A stretch of 64,000 nt of DNA, from positions 1 to 64,000 of the forward strand of contig MHLM01000006.1 of the NCBI GenBank assembly GCA_001821395.1. The letters run 5' to 3'. Position 1 is the first letter of the stretch. Every line of letters starts with the position of its first letter. Origin of the DNA: Candidatus Lloydbacteria bacterium RIFCSPHIGHO2_02_FULL_50_18 (lineage in GTDB: Bacteria; Patescibacteriota; Minisyncoccia; Phycocordibacterales; UBA6899). The notes under the pieces are model-generated. The model was given only the letters and a program-made list of their open reading frames with translations, was not told the origin of the DNA and searched no databases. Both the position numbers and the translations under genes were made by a program. Positions 1 to 9,026 of the stretch are shown here, in pieces.

Positions 1-289
1 ACTCCTTGCAAGGTATTCGGAGCATGTTGCGTTTCAAGATAGAATTTAAGTGCACTCATCGCAGCCCTCATTTATTTGGCGATAGCAACAGTTCTACAAT
101 AATAAGTTTAGGATATTTGAATCTCATCCTCACTCATCACATAATCGATTTCGAATCCTGTGTGATGATTAATAACTGCACCCGCAGGAAGAATACCTGT
201 TTTTCCCCTTATTCGTTCGCGTAATTTAACTATTTTAGTGACAGATGACGCACATATTCAACCTATTCAGTCAAAAACTTTCTATACCG

Positions 290-346
290 AAAAGCGACCC
301 TTATCGGTCGCCTCTTGAGTCTCTGCGTCGGGGGTGCCTATAGGGA
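290..346. repeat. Putative attL: 57-bp direct repeat of the tRNA-His 3' end plus terminator hairpin (54/57 identical to 21303..21359)
   Basis: aaaagcgaccc..tcgggggtgcctataggga recurs at 21303..21359 with 3 mismatches; contains the tRNA-His acceptor/T-arm 3' fragment in the same orientation as the tRNA. Confidence 0.75.
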
Positions 347-372
347 GATCTCGGCTTACAGCCGCAGTACAC

Positions 373-418
373 CTTTGCGATTTATTCAGCATGAGAATGC
401 TTCACAAATAACGCAAAG
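373..418. repeat. Conserved hairpin motif, copy A: core TTTATTCAGCATGAGAATGCTTCACAAATA enclosed by the CTTTGCG/CGCAAAG stem
   Basis: Core is 30/32 identical to 29727..29756; the outer stem sequence differs but stays complementary (covariation). Confidence 0.6.
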
Positions 419-475
419 CTCTTCGATTCCCTATCGCAAGCAAAGCAGTTTGCTTGCTTAGTCACCCCTCAACGA

Positions 476-505
476 AAAAACTCCCGGGAGGGAGTCTTTT
501 CTTAT
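476..505. terminator. Bidirectional rho-independent terminator-like hairpin (A-run, CTCCC-GGGA-GGGAG, T-run)
   Basis: aaaaaactcccgggagggagtcttttctt. Confidence 0.5.
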
Positions 506-797
506 TCGGGGTGCCAATCCAGTTGTGAACCATACCCGCGAGACGGTTGAGAGGTTTCTTGACCGATATCTCGAGATCGCACTAATGCAATGCGGTCTGG
601 GTCTGATCGATACCTCTCTCCCTTCTACTCCCTCTCTGACTCCCCCTCCTACCTCTGACGATTCTCGACCCCAGTGAGACACCACAAGGGTTTCTTGTGT
701 TTCGCGAATAGTTCGACAATTCAGGAGCCCTGCTCCTCGGTCGTGAACCAATTATGTAGGGTGAGGAGGCAGTTTATCAATTTTAATCACACACAAT

Positions 798-1457
798 ATG
801 CAACTCTCTGAAGAGTCGGTTGATGAATTTAAGGAAATTTACAAGAAAAAGTACGGCAAAGAATTGGGTGATGCCGAGGCGCATGAATCCGCGAGAAAGC
901 TTGCGGGGTTCTTCGAGCTACTCTACAAGTGCGCACAGGAAGACAGCGCGAAGAAGCGTCGACTGAAAAAAGAGCCTGGAGGGTTCCCCACTGACGGGAA
1001 TCGCAACTGTCTTGTCTGTCATGCAATGATCACATCAGAAAATGGTTGGTACGATAAGTACGGTCAGAAATGTCTCAACTGCCAGCGCGCACTCAACACG
1101 GGTGCTGTTCCAACTTATGTCTTTATTAACCACGATAGTTTCTTCCTCCCTTGGCAGCTCAAGAGTAAGTTCGATCTCCCGCATGCAACTATGCGCAAAT
1201 TATTGCGACAGGGAAAATTAACAGCGAGAGTTATCACCACCGAGAATGGAGGTGTTCACGAATACATTCTTCTCAAAAAAGAAAATCCTGCGCTTGTTGC
1301 TCTTGAGAAATGGAATCCGATGCGAAAGTCATATGATCGACATCGGGATAAGGTGCACCGACGAGAAATGCGTGAGGAACTAAAAAAATTAAAGGCGGGA
1401 CTCTACGCTGAACACGCGAAGTGGAAAAAGAAGATCGAGAAACTGCGTACACGTTGA
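798..1457 (+). CDS. Hypothetical protein with a CxxC..CxxC zinc-ribbon and a basic C-terminus
   Basis: 219-aa ORF with NCLVCH..CLNCQ; no recognisable family. Confidence 0.5.
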   Translation: MQLSEESVDEFKEIYKKKYGKELGDAEAHESARKLAGFFELLYKCAQEDSAKKRRLKKEPGGFPTDGNRNCLVCHAMITSENGWYDKYGQKCLNCQRALNTGAVPTYVFINHDSFFLPWQLKSKFDLPHATMRKLLRQGKLTARVITTENGGVHEYILLKKENPALVALEKWNPMRKSYDRHRDKVHRREMREELKKLKAGLYAEHAKWKKKIEKLRTR

Positions 1458-1491
1458 TTGCGTACGCAGTCTCAAATCCTTCGAGTTGCAA

Positions 1492-1701
1492 TTACCCGAA
1501 ACGGTGCTCGACCTCTAATACAAGAGAGGGGTCTTTTCGATGATCCGCGATTTCGGCAACAACTTTCAATACATGCTCCTTGGTCAGATTGCCGATTTTC
1601 GCGTCTGCGACCCACTGGGAAATGTATCCACGAAATGCGGCATCCGCGCTGACTTCCTCGATCCACTCTTTGCCCCAGATGATATTTGGATTAGTGCTCA
1701 T
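1492..1701 (-). CDS. Small hypothetical protein (69 aa)
   Basis: Protein-like composition; competing overlapping ORFs on both strands. Confidence 0.25.
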   Translation of the reverse strand: MSTNPNIIWGKEWIEEVSADAAFRGYISQWVADAKIGNLTKEHVLKVVAEIADHRKDPSLVLEVEHRFG

Positions 1702-1837
1702 GTTCTTATCGATTAACTAATAATATCCTTATTTTACAAGAGTACATTTCGATCACGGGGGGATAGATTTCGGTGCGATTCCTCCGGGGACTGCTCCTCG
1801 GTCGTGAACTAAAATAGTACGACCCTCGAGGACATTG

Positions 1838-2347
1838 CTACTGCGTCACCGCATCACTCCCATGGTCACTCACTTGTGCATCAAACCACGCATGGATAGC
1901 ACTAAGTGTTTCGGTGTCTGTAGTCTCAAAATCGATCTTTGCTCCGTTCTCAATCTCACTGTAGGTTACCTTCATCTTTGTATAATTTGTTTTCAAAACG
2001 GATATACCTGCCATGCTCTCTCCGTGTAACCCCGTTGGGTCGGAAAAATTACCCTGCGCAAAGTTCTGCGCTTCCATCTGTAAGTGCATACGTATGAGCG
2101 AGAGATCTTGTGTGTCTCCCGGGTCACGCACAACGACACTCTGTGTTCCCCCGTTTTCGGTCTTCTTAAAGATATGCTGCGTCTTATCAAGACTGAACGG
2201 CATCACATTCTGACCTTTTTCATGGATCATTTGCTGGCGTGATGCGGGTTGTCTATTCCCAAGGAGAACATAAGACACGGCAACTACTACAATAACCGAT
2301 ACGGCTCCAATGATGATTTTGTGTGTGTTTTGAATTTGCATGCTCAC
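1838..2347 (-). CDS. Membrane-anchored hypothetical protein (N-terminal TM helix)
   Basis: 169 aa with an N-terminal hydrophobic helix; overlaps the downstream SHOCT gene by 4 bp (operon). Confidence 0.5.
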   Translation of the reverse strand: MSMQIQNTHKIIIGAVSVIVVVAVSYVLLGNRQPASRQQMIHEKGQNVMPFSLDKTQHIFKKTENGGTQSVVVRDPGDTQDLSLIRMHLQMEAQNFAQGNFSDPTGLHGESMAGISVLKTNYTKMKVTYSEIENGAKIDFETTDTETLSAIHAWFDAQVSDHGSDAVTQ

Positions 2348-2589
2348 TGGAGATCTTTCTTTTTTTCCTCAAACTCCTTCTGGTCTATCTCCCCTTTGGC
2401 ATACCGCTCTTTCAAAATATCAAGCGGAGATTTTTCGTGAGCATCACCACCATGGTTGTGTCCACATGCATGACCACCACCAAAACCTGATCTCACCAAG
2501 GAGACGATGCCCCAGATGACGAGGCCCCAAAAGATAATCATAAAGATCGGACCAAAACCGCCCATATATCCGTATCCAAAATCCATCAT
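2344..2589 (-). CDS. SHOCT-domain membrane protein
   Basis: N-terminal TM segment, Gly/His-rich linker, C-terminal LKERYAKGEIDQKEFEEKKKDL (SHOCT signature). Confidence 0.7.
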   Translation of the reverse strand: MMDFGYGYMGGFGPIFMIIFWGLVIWGIVSLVRSGFGGGHACGHNHGGDAHEKSPLDILKERYAKGEIDQKEFEEKKKDLQ

Positions 2590-2626
2590 ATGTTTGTGAA
2601 TTAATTATTAATAGTCGCAGGAATGA

Positions 2627-2956
2627 TCAAAACGTGACGACTTTATCCGAAGTCTCGATCATCTTGAGTAAGTCAGTCATCGTGGAAATGGGGCAGACTC
2701 CGCTCTCTTCTTTATTGCGAAGCTTCAGACACGTACCGCAAGCAAAGATCTCGCCCTTCAGTTCCTTAAACTCCGCTACCTTTACCGAGATGTCGAAATG
2801 TTCAGAATCTGCAATCGTATCGAGCTCGGATCCCTCGCTCATTAAAAAAACTTCCGCCTGATTGCCCGCTTTGAGCGCGGTGATTCCAAGGCGGAATGCA
2901 TTCCACGCATGTTCAGGGTTATTCGATTGCAAGATGATGCCGAGTTTCATTTTCAA
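2627..2956 (-). CDS. DsrE/DsrF (YchN)-like sulfur-relay family protein
   Basis: 109 aa; MKLGIILQS..; Cys-containing DsrE-like fold pattern. Confidence 0.55.
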   Translation of the reverse strand: MKMKLGIILQSNNPEHAWNAFRLGITALKAGNQAEVFLMSEGSELDTIADSEHFDISVKVAEFKELKGEIFACGTCLKLRNKEESGVCPISTMTDLLKMIETSDKVVTF

Positions 2957-3139
2957 ATTGTATCATAAATTAGCAGTGCGTGATTCCTTGGAGGTAATCC
3001 TTCAGGGAGTCGAACCAGATGTTACAAATGTTACACCCAAAGCCCCATTTTGGAGGCAATCTGAGCGAGCGTTTTTAAAAACGAAACGGCTATAAATATA
3101 GGTATTTGACGAAAAAAAGGGTTGATATAATGAGGGTAT

Positions 3140-3766
3140 ATGAATACACACAAAACGCCGCGATTCTCGGCACGTAAAAAGAACAAGGATCATATGACGC
3201 TTCTCCTTAGCTCGGAAGCGTTCCAGGCGGACGTCAAACTTCTCCGTGAGAGGTTCAACATCCATAAGGGTGGGAATACACAGGATGGTGCTCAACTCGC
3301 ATGGCTCTCACTGAACGCACCCCAGATGTATGAGTACGTAAAGGCAGTGAGCGATCTCGCAAGAGCATACCAAGTACCGGGGAACTTCGGCCGTCACTTG
3401 AAGACATATATCGAAGAAGGGATCGTGAGTAATCCCGTGAATCGCTTTGATGTGATCCCTCCGAATCCCCTCAATCCCTCGCTCACGGTGCAGATGCATG
3501 CAAAGCTCACCCGTGACGAGAAGGAGGATACGCTTGCGGAGGTCGACCGAGTTGGCGAAGCACTCATGGCATATGGAACGATCAAGGATCTCCCCGACCT
3601 CCTTGAAAGCGAGCGCCTTTATGGCGAGTGCGAGCAATACAATACAAGCAAGGATCGTGAGTACATCCTCACAGTGAAAGAGCAGGATCCGCGCAATACC
3701 GATCGCCACTACGAGAACATGCGCGTCCTCCGCAAAAAGCGCAATGAGCGATTCGGAATAAAGTGA
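3140..3766 (+). CDS. Hypothetical protein
   Basis: 208-aa ORF with GC-rich coding-like composition; no family recognised. Confidence 0.45.
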   Translation: MNTHKTPRFSARKKNKDHMTLLLSSEAFQADVKLLRERFNIHKGGNTQDGAQLAWLSLNAPQMYEYVKAVSDLARAYQVPGNFGRHLKTYIEEGIVSNPVNRFDVIPPNPLNPSLTVQMHAKLTRDEKEDTLAEVDRVGEALMAYGTIKDLPDLLESERLYGECEQYNTSKDREYILTVKEQDPRNTDRHYENMRVLRKKRNERFGIK

Positions 3767-3811
3767 GGAGGGTTTTTCCCAAGTCGAGAAAATAAGGGTG
3801 AAACACTGAAT

Positions 3812-5131
3812 ATGCGGTCACACGATCGCATTATTCACTCATCTTTACCCTCTATGGCAAAGACGCAACTCACTTGGCAGACGGAGAAACGCAAGGTCGA
3901 TGACCTCGTTCCCCACGCCAAGAACCCTCGCACCCTCTCTCCAAAGCAGAAGGAGGAAATCGAAGCGAGCATTACCAAGTTTAACCTCGTCGAGATCCCC
4001 GCGATCAACACCGACAATCTCGTCCTCGCCGGACACGTTCGCCTGAAGACCATGCAGGCACTCGGGCGCGGGCAGGAACTGATCGACGTGCGCGTCCCAA
4101 ATCGCACGCTCACTGCAAAGGAGTGCGAAGAGTACCTTCTCCGTTCCAATAAGAACACCGGCTCATGGGATTATGAGCTACTCAGAGCATTCGATACCGA
4201 GTTTTTGCTCGACATCGGATTCGACGATACCGACCTTTCGAATATTTGGGACGATGTACTCTCACTCGAAGACGACGACTTCAATGAGACGAAAGAGCTC
4301 GAGAAAGCCAAGAAAACCACCATCAAGGTCGGTGACTGCTTTCAGCTCGGTGATCACTCCCTCATATGCGGTGACAGCACCGACGAAGCGGTCGTGAAAG
4401 ACTTGGTCGGAGGCTTCCGCATCGACACCATCTATTCGGATAGCCCGTACAACATCGACCTGAACTATGACAAGGGCGTAGGCAACAAGCAGTCATACGG
4501 TGGAGATGTCGACGACAACAAGTCTGATGCGGAGTTCAGGGCATTCACCGTGAAGACCCTTGCGAACGGACTCTCGGTCATCAAGAAGGACGCACATGTC
4601 TTCTGGTGGTGCGACCAGCGTTATGTCGGGATGATCCAATCGGTGTATCAGGAGGTTGGGATCAAGTACAAGCGCACCTGCTTGTGGATCAAGAACGGAT
4701 TTTCGCCGACACCCAAGGTCGCCTTCAACAAGTGCTACGAGCCTTGTATCTATGGCACTATCGGCAAGCCCTATCTCTCCGACAAACAGCGCAAACTCCA
4801 CGAGATACTCAACACCGATGTTGGCACGGGAAACGCCACGGTAGATGACATCAGTGACATGATCGACATATGGCTTGCAAAGCGTGTGAGTAGCGACGAG
4901 TACGAGCACCCCACCCAGAAGCCACTCACGCTCCACGAACGCCCACTCCTGCGCTGCACGAAGATTGGCGATAATGTCCTCGACCTCTTCGGGGGAAGTG
5001 GTTCGACGCTTCTCGCTTGTGAACAACTGGGGCGCAAGGCCTTCCTCGTCGAACTGAGCCCCATCTTTTGTCAGCTCATCATCAACCGCTATGAAAAATT
5101 CACCGGAGACAAAGCAATCAAGCTCAATTAA
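3812..5131 (+). CDS. ParB-like nuclease domain fused to a beta-class DNA (N4-C/N6-A) methyltransferase
   Basis: N-terminal ParB-like motif region; motif IV DSPYN then motif I DLFGGSGST (order IV then I is beta class). Confidence 0.8.
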   Translation: MRSHDRIIHSSLPSMAKTQLTWQTEKRKVDDLVPHAKNPRTLSPKQKEEIEASITKFNLVEIPAINTDNLVLAGHVRLKTMQALGRGQELIDVRVPNRTLTAKECEEYLLRSNKNTGSWDYELLRAFDTEFLLDIGFDDTDLSNIWDDVLSLEDDDFNETKELEKAKKTTIKVGDCFQLGDHSLICGDSTDEAVVKDLVGGFRIDTIYSDSPYNIDLNYDKGVGNKQSYGGDVDDNKSDAEFRAFTVKTLANGLSVIKKDAHVFWWCDQRYVGMIQSVYQEVGIKYKRTCLWIKNGFSPTPKVAFNKCYEPCIYGTIGKPYLSDKQRKLHEILNTDVGTGNATVDDISDMIDIWLAKRVSSDEYEHPTQKPLTLHERPLLRCTKIGDNVLDLFGGSGSTLLACEQLGRKAFLVELSPIFCQLIINRYEKFTGDKAIKLN

Positions 5132-5888
5132 GACGGGAGATGTGATCGCGCTCGGTGATCACATCCTGATCTGTGGAGATGCGACAAAGGTTGACCTCGC
5201 GAGCATTGTGAAAGGCAGAGTCCACCTTGTCCTCACCGACCCGCCGTATGCGATCGACTACGTGGCGAGCAAGCGCAACATCGTCGGCGTGTCGAAGGAC
5301 AAGGATATTGCGAACGATGGCTTCATGAGTGATGCAGAGTATGTGACATTCACGAAGGGGTGGCTCACGCCAGTACTCCCCCTCCTTGAGAAGAAGAACA
5401 GCATCTACGTCTTCAACTCGGACAAGATGATCTTCGCTCTGAGGCAGGCATTCGTGGAGCTCAGGCTCAAGGTGGCACAGCTCATCATTTGGGTGAAGGA
5501 TCGCGCCATCGTCGGGAGACTCGACTACCTCCCACAACATGAGCTCATCCTCTATGGATGGCACGGGACCCACGACTTCAAGCGCGGGAAGGACAAGTCA
5601 GTCATGTTCGTGCCGAAGCCATCACGCAGTACGCTTCACCCCACCATGAAGCCGATCCCTCTCCTCCGCAAACTCATCTTGAACAGTACCGATGTGGGTG
5701 ACGTGGTCTATGACCCGTTCGGAGGGAGCGGATCGACGCTCATCGCCTGCGAACACACGAAGCGCAGATGCGTCATGGTGGAGATGGATCCCGAGTACTG
5801 CGCAACGATCGTTCGTCGCTACGAGCAGTTGATTAACCGCGAAGACAATGGCAAGCAAGCACCCCACAGTACTGGAAAAGCGAATTGA
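5091..5888 (+). CDS. Beta-class DNA methyltransferase (DPPY)
   Basis: LTDPPYAIDY (motif IV) then DPFGGSGSTLIA (motif I); overlaps the upstream MTase by 41 nt. Confidence 0.8.
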   Translation: MKNSPETKQSSSIKTGDVIALGDHILICGDATKVDLASIVKGRVHLVLTDPPYAIDYVASKRNIVGVSKDKDIANDGFMSDAEYVTFTKGWLTPVLPLLEKKNSIYVFNSDKMIFALRQAFVELRLKVAQLIIWVKDRAIVGRLDYLPQHELILYGWHGTHDFKRGKDKSVMFVPKPSRSTLHPTMKPIPLLRKLILNSTDVGDVVYDPFGGSGSTLIACEHTKRRCVMVEMDPEYCATIVRRYEQLINREDNGKQAPHSTGKAN

Positions 5889-6246
5889 TGCCCAAAAGGA
5901 AAAGGTTATCGAGTTCCTTGCTGAATCCGGCAACATCAGCTTCGCATGCAAGCGAGGGGGTATCAGTCGCGAGACATACTACCGATGGAGGGACGATGCG
6001 AGGTTTGCGGCAAAGGCTGACAGTGCCATTCAGTCGGGCAAGACCTTCGTGAACGACCTTGCCCACACCCAGCTCATCCGCAAGATCCAAGAGGGTGACA
6101 TGCAAGCGATACGCTTCCATCTCGTGAACTGCCATGACGACTATCGCCCGAAGCTGCCCGAGCGCATCGAGCGCGTGGTGCCGATCACTGCGGTGGAGAT
6201 CATTCAGGCGAGCCATGACTGCAAGAAAGAGGTTAACGCCGAGTAG
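5848..6246 (+). CDS. Phage terminase small subunit-like HTH protein (P27 family-like)
   Basis: GNISFACKRGGISRETYYRWRDDARF..AIRFHLVN pattern typical of TerS-type HTH proteins; no large terminase nearby. Confidence 0.55.
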   Translation: MASKHPTVLEKRIDAQKEKVIEFLAESGNISFACKRGGISRETYYRWRDDARFAAKADSAIQSGKTFVNDLAHTQLIRKIQEGDMQAIRFHLVNCHDDYRPKLPERIERVVPITAVEIIQASHDCKKEVNAE

Positions 6247-6982
6247 TCGCCTCCATAATCTTCTCCGCGATCTGTTTCCAATCATTATTCGATACTCCGT
6301 GTGCCACCGAGTGAGGGACGACTGCATATACTGTGTGGTCGTCTTTTGCTACATAGAGTTTCTTGGGAATTGTTTCGTGAAATGGTGCATCAGTGATCTC
6401 TCTCCAGTCTTCGAGATAGACCATGGAGTAACAGATGACGACTTTGGGTTTGTGTTTTTGGATGAGTTCACGGAGACGCTTAATGCGTTCGGGTTTGTAC
6501 ATCTTGAGGTACTCACGGCGAGATGACAGCCCCTCAATTCCCGATGATGCATACACCCAATCTTTTGCATGGAGCGAACGAGCAGGGAGCGGCATCAATT
6601 CGAGTAGCGCGTGATCATTGTTCTTTCTGCCAAAATGATTGATCTGGTATTCGCGGATATCTTCAAGTGATGGTTCTTTGCTTGTTTGGAAATAGCGTAG
6701 CAGATAGATCAGCTTGCGATAGGTTGCTTGTGTCGGCGCACCGTCCGTAAACCACGCCATGTGATCCGCATCACCGCCCATATCGTCGCAGATATCAAAG
6801 ACTTCTCCGTTTGATGTTGCTTCGAAACGTTTGATGAGTTTGGGTATTGATCCGTCGCATCCTTCTTCCATTCCTACAAACCACACATCACTATCTAATT
6901 CTCCATAACCCCAGAAATGTGCAATGCGTTCGTTGATCAGATGCCGAAAATTCCCTTCCGAAGAAAGTGTCGAGTTGTTCAT
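6233..6982 (-). CDS. Hypothetical protein
   Basis: 249-aa ORF; CTCTAGCGGG motif 10-20 nt upstream of the start. Confidence 0.45.
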   Translation of the reverse strand: MNNSTLSSEGNFRHLINERIAHFWGYGELDSDVWFVGMEEGCDGSIPKLIKRFEATSNGEVFDICDDMGGDADHMAWFTDGAPTQATYRKLIYLLRYFQTSKEPSLEDIREYQINHFGRKNNDHALLELMPLPARSLHAKDWVYASSGIEGLSSRREYLKMYKPERIKRLRELIQKHKPKVVICYSMVYLEDWREITDAPFHETIPKKLYVAKDDHTVYAVVPHSVAHGVSNNDWKQIAEKIMEATTRR

Positions 6983-7014
6983 ATATTGCTCTAGCGGGTT
7001 GGCAAATATGCTCG

Positions 7015-7581
7015 CTACTCTTTATCGGTTGTTCCATCCTGATAGATGATCGTACCAGGAAGCCAGACGTACTTGAGATTTTCAAGATCGGTGTTGTTCA
7101 ACTTGATATCGCTATCAATGAACTGGTTGTATTTGATGCTTGCAACCCACGCTTTGTCGGTGTGTGCAGCAATGGGAGTATCGTCGTATGCAATGCTCAC
7201 GCGTTTGATCTCGTTCTTGAAGATGTCGTAGAAGATGATCATTCCCTCTACGCCGCGAACATCTTTTGCGGTTTTGTTGGAGAACTTAAAGCCAAGGGTG
7301 ATGTAACTTTGAAATTGACCATCCTCGGCATTTGCGGGGTCAAACTTTTTCGAGGTGACCGTGAGGTCAACCTTTTCACGAAGTTTGTTCGGGGTGGCGA
7401 TATCCGCAACGGGAGCTTTCTCCTCGATGGTGGTTTTTCCATCCATCATGCCCGTGATTCCTTTTAATCCTTCAGATAATGCATTGCGTATTTGATACGC
7501 TTTGTACTCCATACCGGAGAAAAATCCTATGATAAAAATAAGTGCCGCAAGAGCGGTCTTTACGATGTGCTGCTTGTTCAT
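7015..7581 (-). CDS. Membrane-anchored or secreted hypothetical protein
   Basis: 188 aa with an N-terminal hydrophobic helix; structured leader upstream. Confidence 0.5.
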   Translation of the reverse strand: MNKQHIVKTALAALIFIIGFFSGMEYKAYQIRNALSEGLKGITGMMDGKTTIEEKAPVADIATPNKLREKVDLTVTSKKFDPANAEDGQFQSYITLGFKFSNKTAKDVRGVEGMIIFYDIFKNEIKRVSIAYDDTPIAAHTDKAWVASIKYNQFIDSDIKLNNTDLENLKYVWLPGTIIYQDGTTDKE

Positions 7582-7740
7582 AATTTGCTCTAGCGGGGTT
7601 TAAAGCGGGGAGGTAAGCAAAAGGCTCCCAGCCATTGCGATGGTGCCTTTCGGCGACCACCCGTATCCCTTTCGAGACACGACCCGCTAGAGCGACTCTG
7701 ACTGGGAGTCTTTTATTCTCTAGCGGGGATTTTCGACCAT
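7582..7740 (-). promoter_or_regulatory. Structured leader or small RNA with three copies of the CTCTAGCGGG motif able to form alternative pairings, plus nested hairpins
   Basis: CCCCGCUAGAG (from 7718-7728) and CUCUAGCGGG (from 7683-7692) form a 10-bp stem; a third copy (7588-7598) lies 9 nt before the AUG of 7015..7581; GAAA and CGCA tetraloop hairpins between them. Confidence 0.4.
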
Positions 7741-7809
7741 ATCCTAAAGCGTGAGCCGTAGGGGTTAGGTCTCCTATTAAGTTGTACTTGGTATTGTACG
7801 GCATATAAA

Positions 7810-7847
7810 GAAACCGCTCAACCTTAGCTTAGATCAAGCGGTTTGCG
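7810..7847 (-). terminator. Hairpin downstream of the RM operon (AAACCGCT..AGCGGTTT), a possible terminator
   Basis: 8-bp stem with an 18-nt loop; followed on the minus strand by a weak CTTTATAT tract. Confidence 0.3.
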
Positions 7848-7868
7848 AAGCAGAGTTACCAACAGCAA

Positions 7869-9023
7869 TTAATCAACCAGTTGGTAAAAACAGTTAGTTA
7901 ATTGGCGAATTAATTCTGGATAAATAGCGTCAAACGAGGAACCTTCTGGAATACCCAGCCGCTGACATACTGATACTAAGGCTTCAAATTTTTTCTCGTC
8001 ACTTACGGCATGGAGAAGATTTACCCGAAGATCGTACAGAACAAATAATGGGGAAACTATTTTGTGGACGTCCTTTTTAGGAAACTTCAGGCTAAACAGT
8101 AGTTCAATCCTCTTTAGTCCACCCAAATTTTTGGGGTCACCACCCAGCTTAATTATGATTGCCCCAAGATTGCTGACATCCAAAGATTCAATATTTATCT
8201 TATTCAAAAGATCCACGATATCCTTTTGCTCCTTTTCCGTATGAAGGACCGGTGGATTAAGTTTGGAGATGGATTGAATGGTCTCGTTTGTTAAATGACT
8301 CACCTCAAGTCCAAACTCTTTTGTACAAAACTCTAGGAATACAGACCGAGCATTAATTAACTTATCTTCAGGTGTATAGTCAGTAAATTTAACTTCAATC
8401 TGGCCATCATAGAACTCACTTCCAATGTCGTGGTCAGACTCAATATTTTCTGAACGCAGATAGTATTGCTCAGACTCATCTAGCGTGGCCATGTCACCAA
8501 GCCACATTATTACTTTTCCAGACTTGTTTACACCAAAAGATATATCGAAATCCTTTCCGCTGTAAATACTCCCATAGGTTTTTGAAGCAAATCGCACTCT
8601 ATAATCGGAATGGTTCTGGAATTTGAGCAGCACAGATTTTTTAAAAAATACAGGAGTTAAAAACCCAGAATTGTGATCTCTTTGCAGTCCAGGTATATAA
8701 TAGTAATCATCCGCATCATAAATAAATTTAACTTTTGTAAATCCAAGGTCCTCAACTATCTTCCTTCGATTACTGAAAATAGTATCCCGGTGTTCCTCAA
8801 GCGCCTTTTGGTGTAAATGAATGATCACAAATCTACTGTGATCAGGAAAATATTTTAAATCACATGATCCACAAAATAGATACGGTAGGGCTTGAATTGA
8901 TATATTTATTCCTGACACCAGTTCGTTGAAATCGAAATATTTCAAAACCATCGACTGTCCGCAATTTTCACAATATATACGCTGAACTTTTCCATCTTCG
9001 GGAAAGATATCCTTTATATCCAT
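7869..9023 (-). CDS. Uncharacterised zinc-ribbon protein that is the last gene of the type I RM operon
   Basis: 384 aa; N-terminal CENCG..CGSCD; 3-bp gap after the hsdR stop; no Walker motif, so not PrrC-like. Confidence 0.55.
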   Translation of the reverse strand: MDIKDIFPEDGKVQRIYCENCGQSMVLKYFDFNELVSGINISIQALPYLFCGSCDLKYFPDHSRFVIIHLHQKALEEHRDTIFSNRRKIVEDLGFTKVKFIYDADDYYYIPGLQRDHNSGFLTPVFFKKSVLLKFQNHSDYRVRFASKTYGSIYSGKDFDISFGVNKSGKVIMWLGDMATLDESEQYYLRSENIESDHDIGSEFYDGQIEVKFTDYTPEDKLINARSVFLEFCTKEFGLEVSHLTNETIQSISKLNPPVLHTEKEQKDIVDLLNKINIESLDVSNLGAIIIKLGGDPKNLGGLKRIELLFSLKFPKKDVHKIVSPLFVLYDLRVNLLHAVSDEKKFEALVSVCQRLGIPEGSSFDAIYPELIRQLTNCFYQLVD

Positions 9024-9026
9024 AGA

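Noticed and set aside
422-440. TTCGATTCCCTAT as an inverted tRNA-His fragment
   Set aside because: Kept only as weak supporting detail. Nine of the 13 nt are the near-universal T-loop, so the match is not independently significant, unlike the 16-nt tRNA-Leu match in copy B.
458-751. ORF 458..751(-), 97 aa
   Set aside because: Low-complexity Gly/Arg-rich translation across the att, hairpin and terminator region; unlikely to be coding.
3308-3709. Antisense ORFs inside 3140..3766 and the many antisense ORFs inside hsdR, hsdM, polA and prkA
   Set aside because: They are embedded opposite strong homology-supported genes and have skewed Arg/Ser/Cys-rich composition.
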